A DNA stretch of 49,487 nt, the filler included, from Sphacelaria rigidula (taxonomy: Eukaryota), in NCBI GenBank assembly GCA_964200075.2. It is 2 parts of 2 records of this genome, joined end to end, with 100 filler letters (N's around TTAATTAATTAA, not from the genome) between each part and the next. Parts side by side here need not be neighbours in the genome. Positions count along the whole stretch, not along the records: positions 24,798 to 49,487 come from CAXNAA020000194.1; 1 more part is not named here. The stretch is one strand, 5' to 3'. A program made the position numbers and the translations under genes. The notes under the pieces were generated by a model. The model made no database searches. It was given only the letters and a program-made list of their open reading frames with translations, and was not told the origin of the DNA. The first letter of the stretch is position 1, and each line of letters begins with the position of its first letter. Shown one piece after another: positions 49,240 through 49,487 of this stretch.

Positions 49240-49487
49240 ATGATGGTCTTACGACTATGGCATGCATGATCATAAGTACACTCCCCCCCCCCCCCCCCCC
49301 TTCCACTTGTTTTTCAAAATCTGTCGGTCCTTTGCCTTCATCGTTCCCCCCCCCCCCCCCCCCCCCGCCCACCAGTGACGCACCCATGAGGCAGTGTATA
49401 AGCTGTGGCTGTCTCTGGAAGTGGCGATACCACAGAATGAAGCAACTCATTCGAGGCTGTCATCCGAAGGCAAGATAATCAGTAGGC
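49240..49487 (+). repeat. Dispersed repeat family A fragments with poly-C tracts, running off the window
   Basis: GACTATGGCATGCATGATCATAAGTACACTCCCC terminus plus a 49381-49487 match to 38390-38495. Confidence 0.65.

Overview
Eukaryotic, intron-rich genomic DNA (GT-AG introns, TTAGGG-type repeats, many MITE-like repeats). The architecture is most consistent with a brown alga or related stramenopile; this is inferred from style, not from a search. Three spliced genes could be assembled by hand with consistent intron phases: (1) + strand 10-exon TTLL2-like tubulin glutamylase, ~10.1/10.5-21.5 kb, with a poly-Q insertion and an in-frame TGA just after the best-looking ATG; (2) + strand uncharacterised coiled-coil protein, ~24.9/30.9-43.5 kb, with a ~54-residue RRxS periodicity and a long acidic tail; (3) the last three exons of a - strand aspartate carbamoyltransferase (stand-alone pyrB or the C-terminal domain of a CAD/URA2-type protein), 44.9-48.7 kb. 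Intergenic and intronic DNA is dense with non-autonomous elements: a TGT...ACA element with 5-bp TSDs and internal telomeric repeats, TTAA-flanked piggyBac-like MITEs, foldbacks and minisatellites. A 100-bp scaffold gap with an artificial linker lies at 24698-24797. No transposase, RNA gene or CRISPR array was found. I cannot support a wholly new multi-gene system; the best leads are the telomere-repeat MITE, the periodic coiled-coil protein and the TTLL2 5' anomaly.
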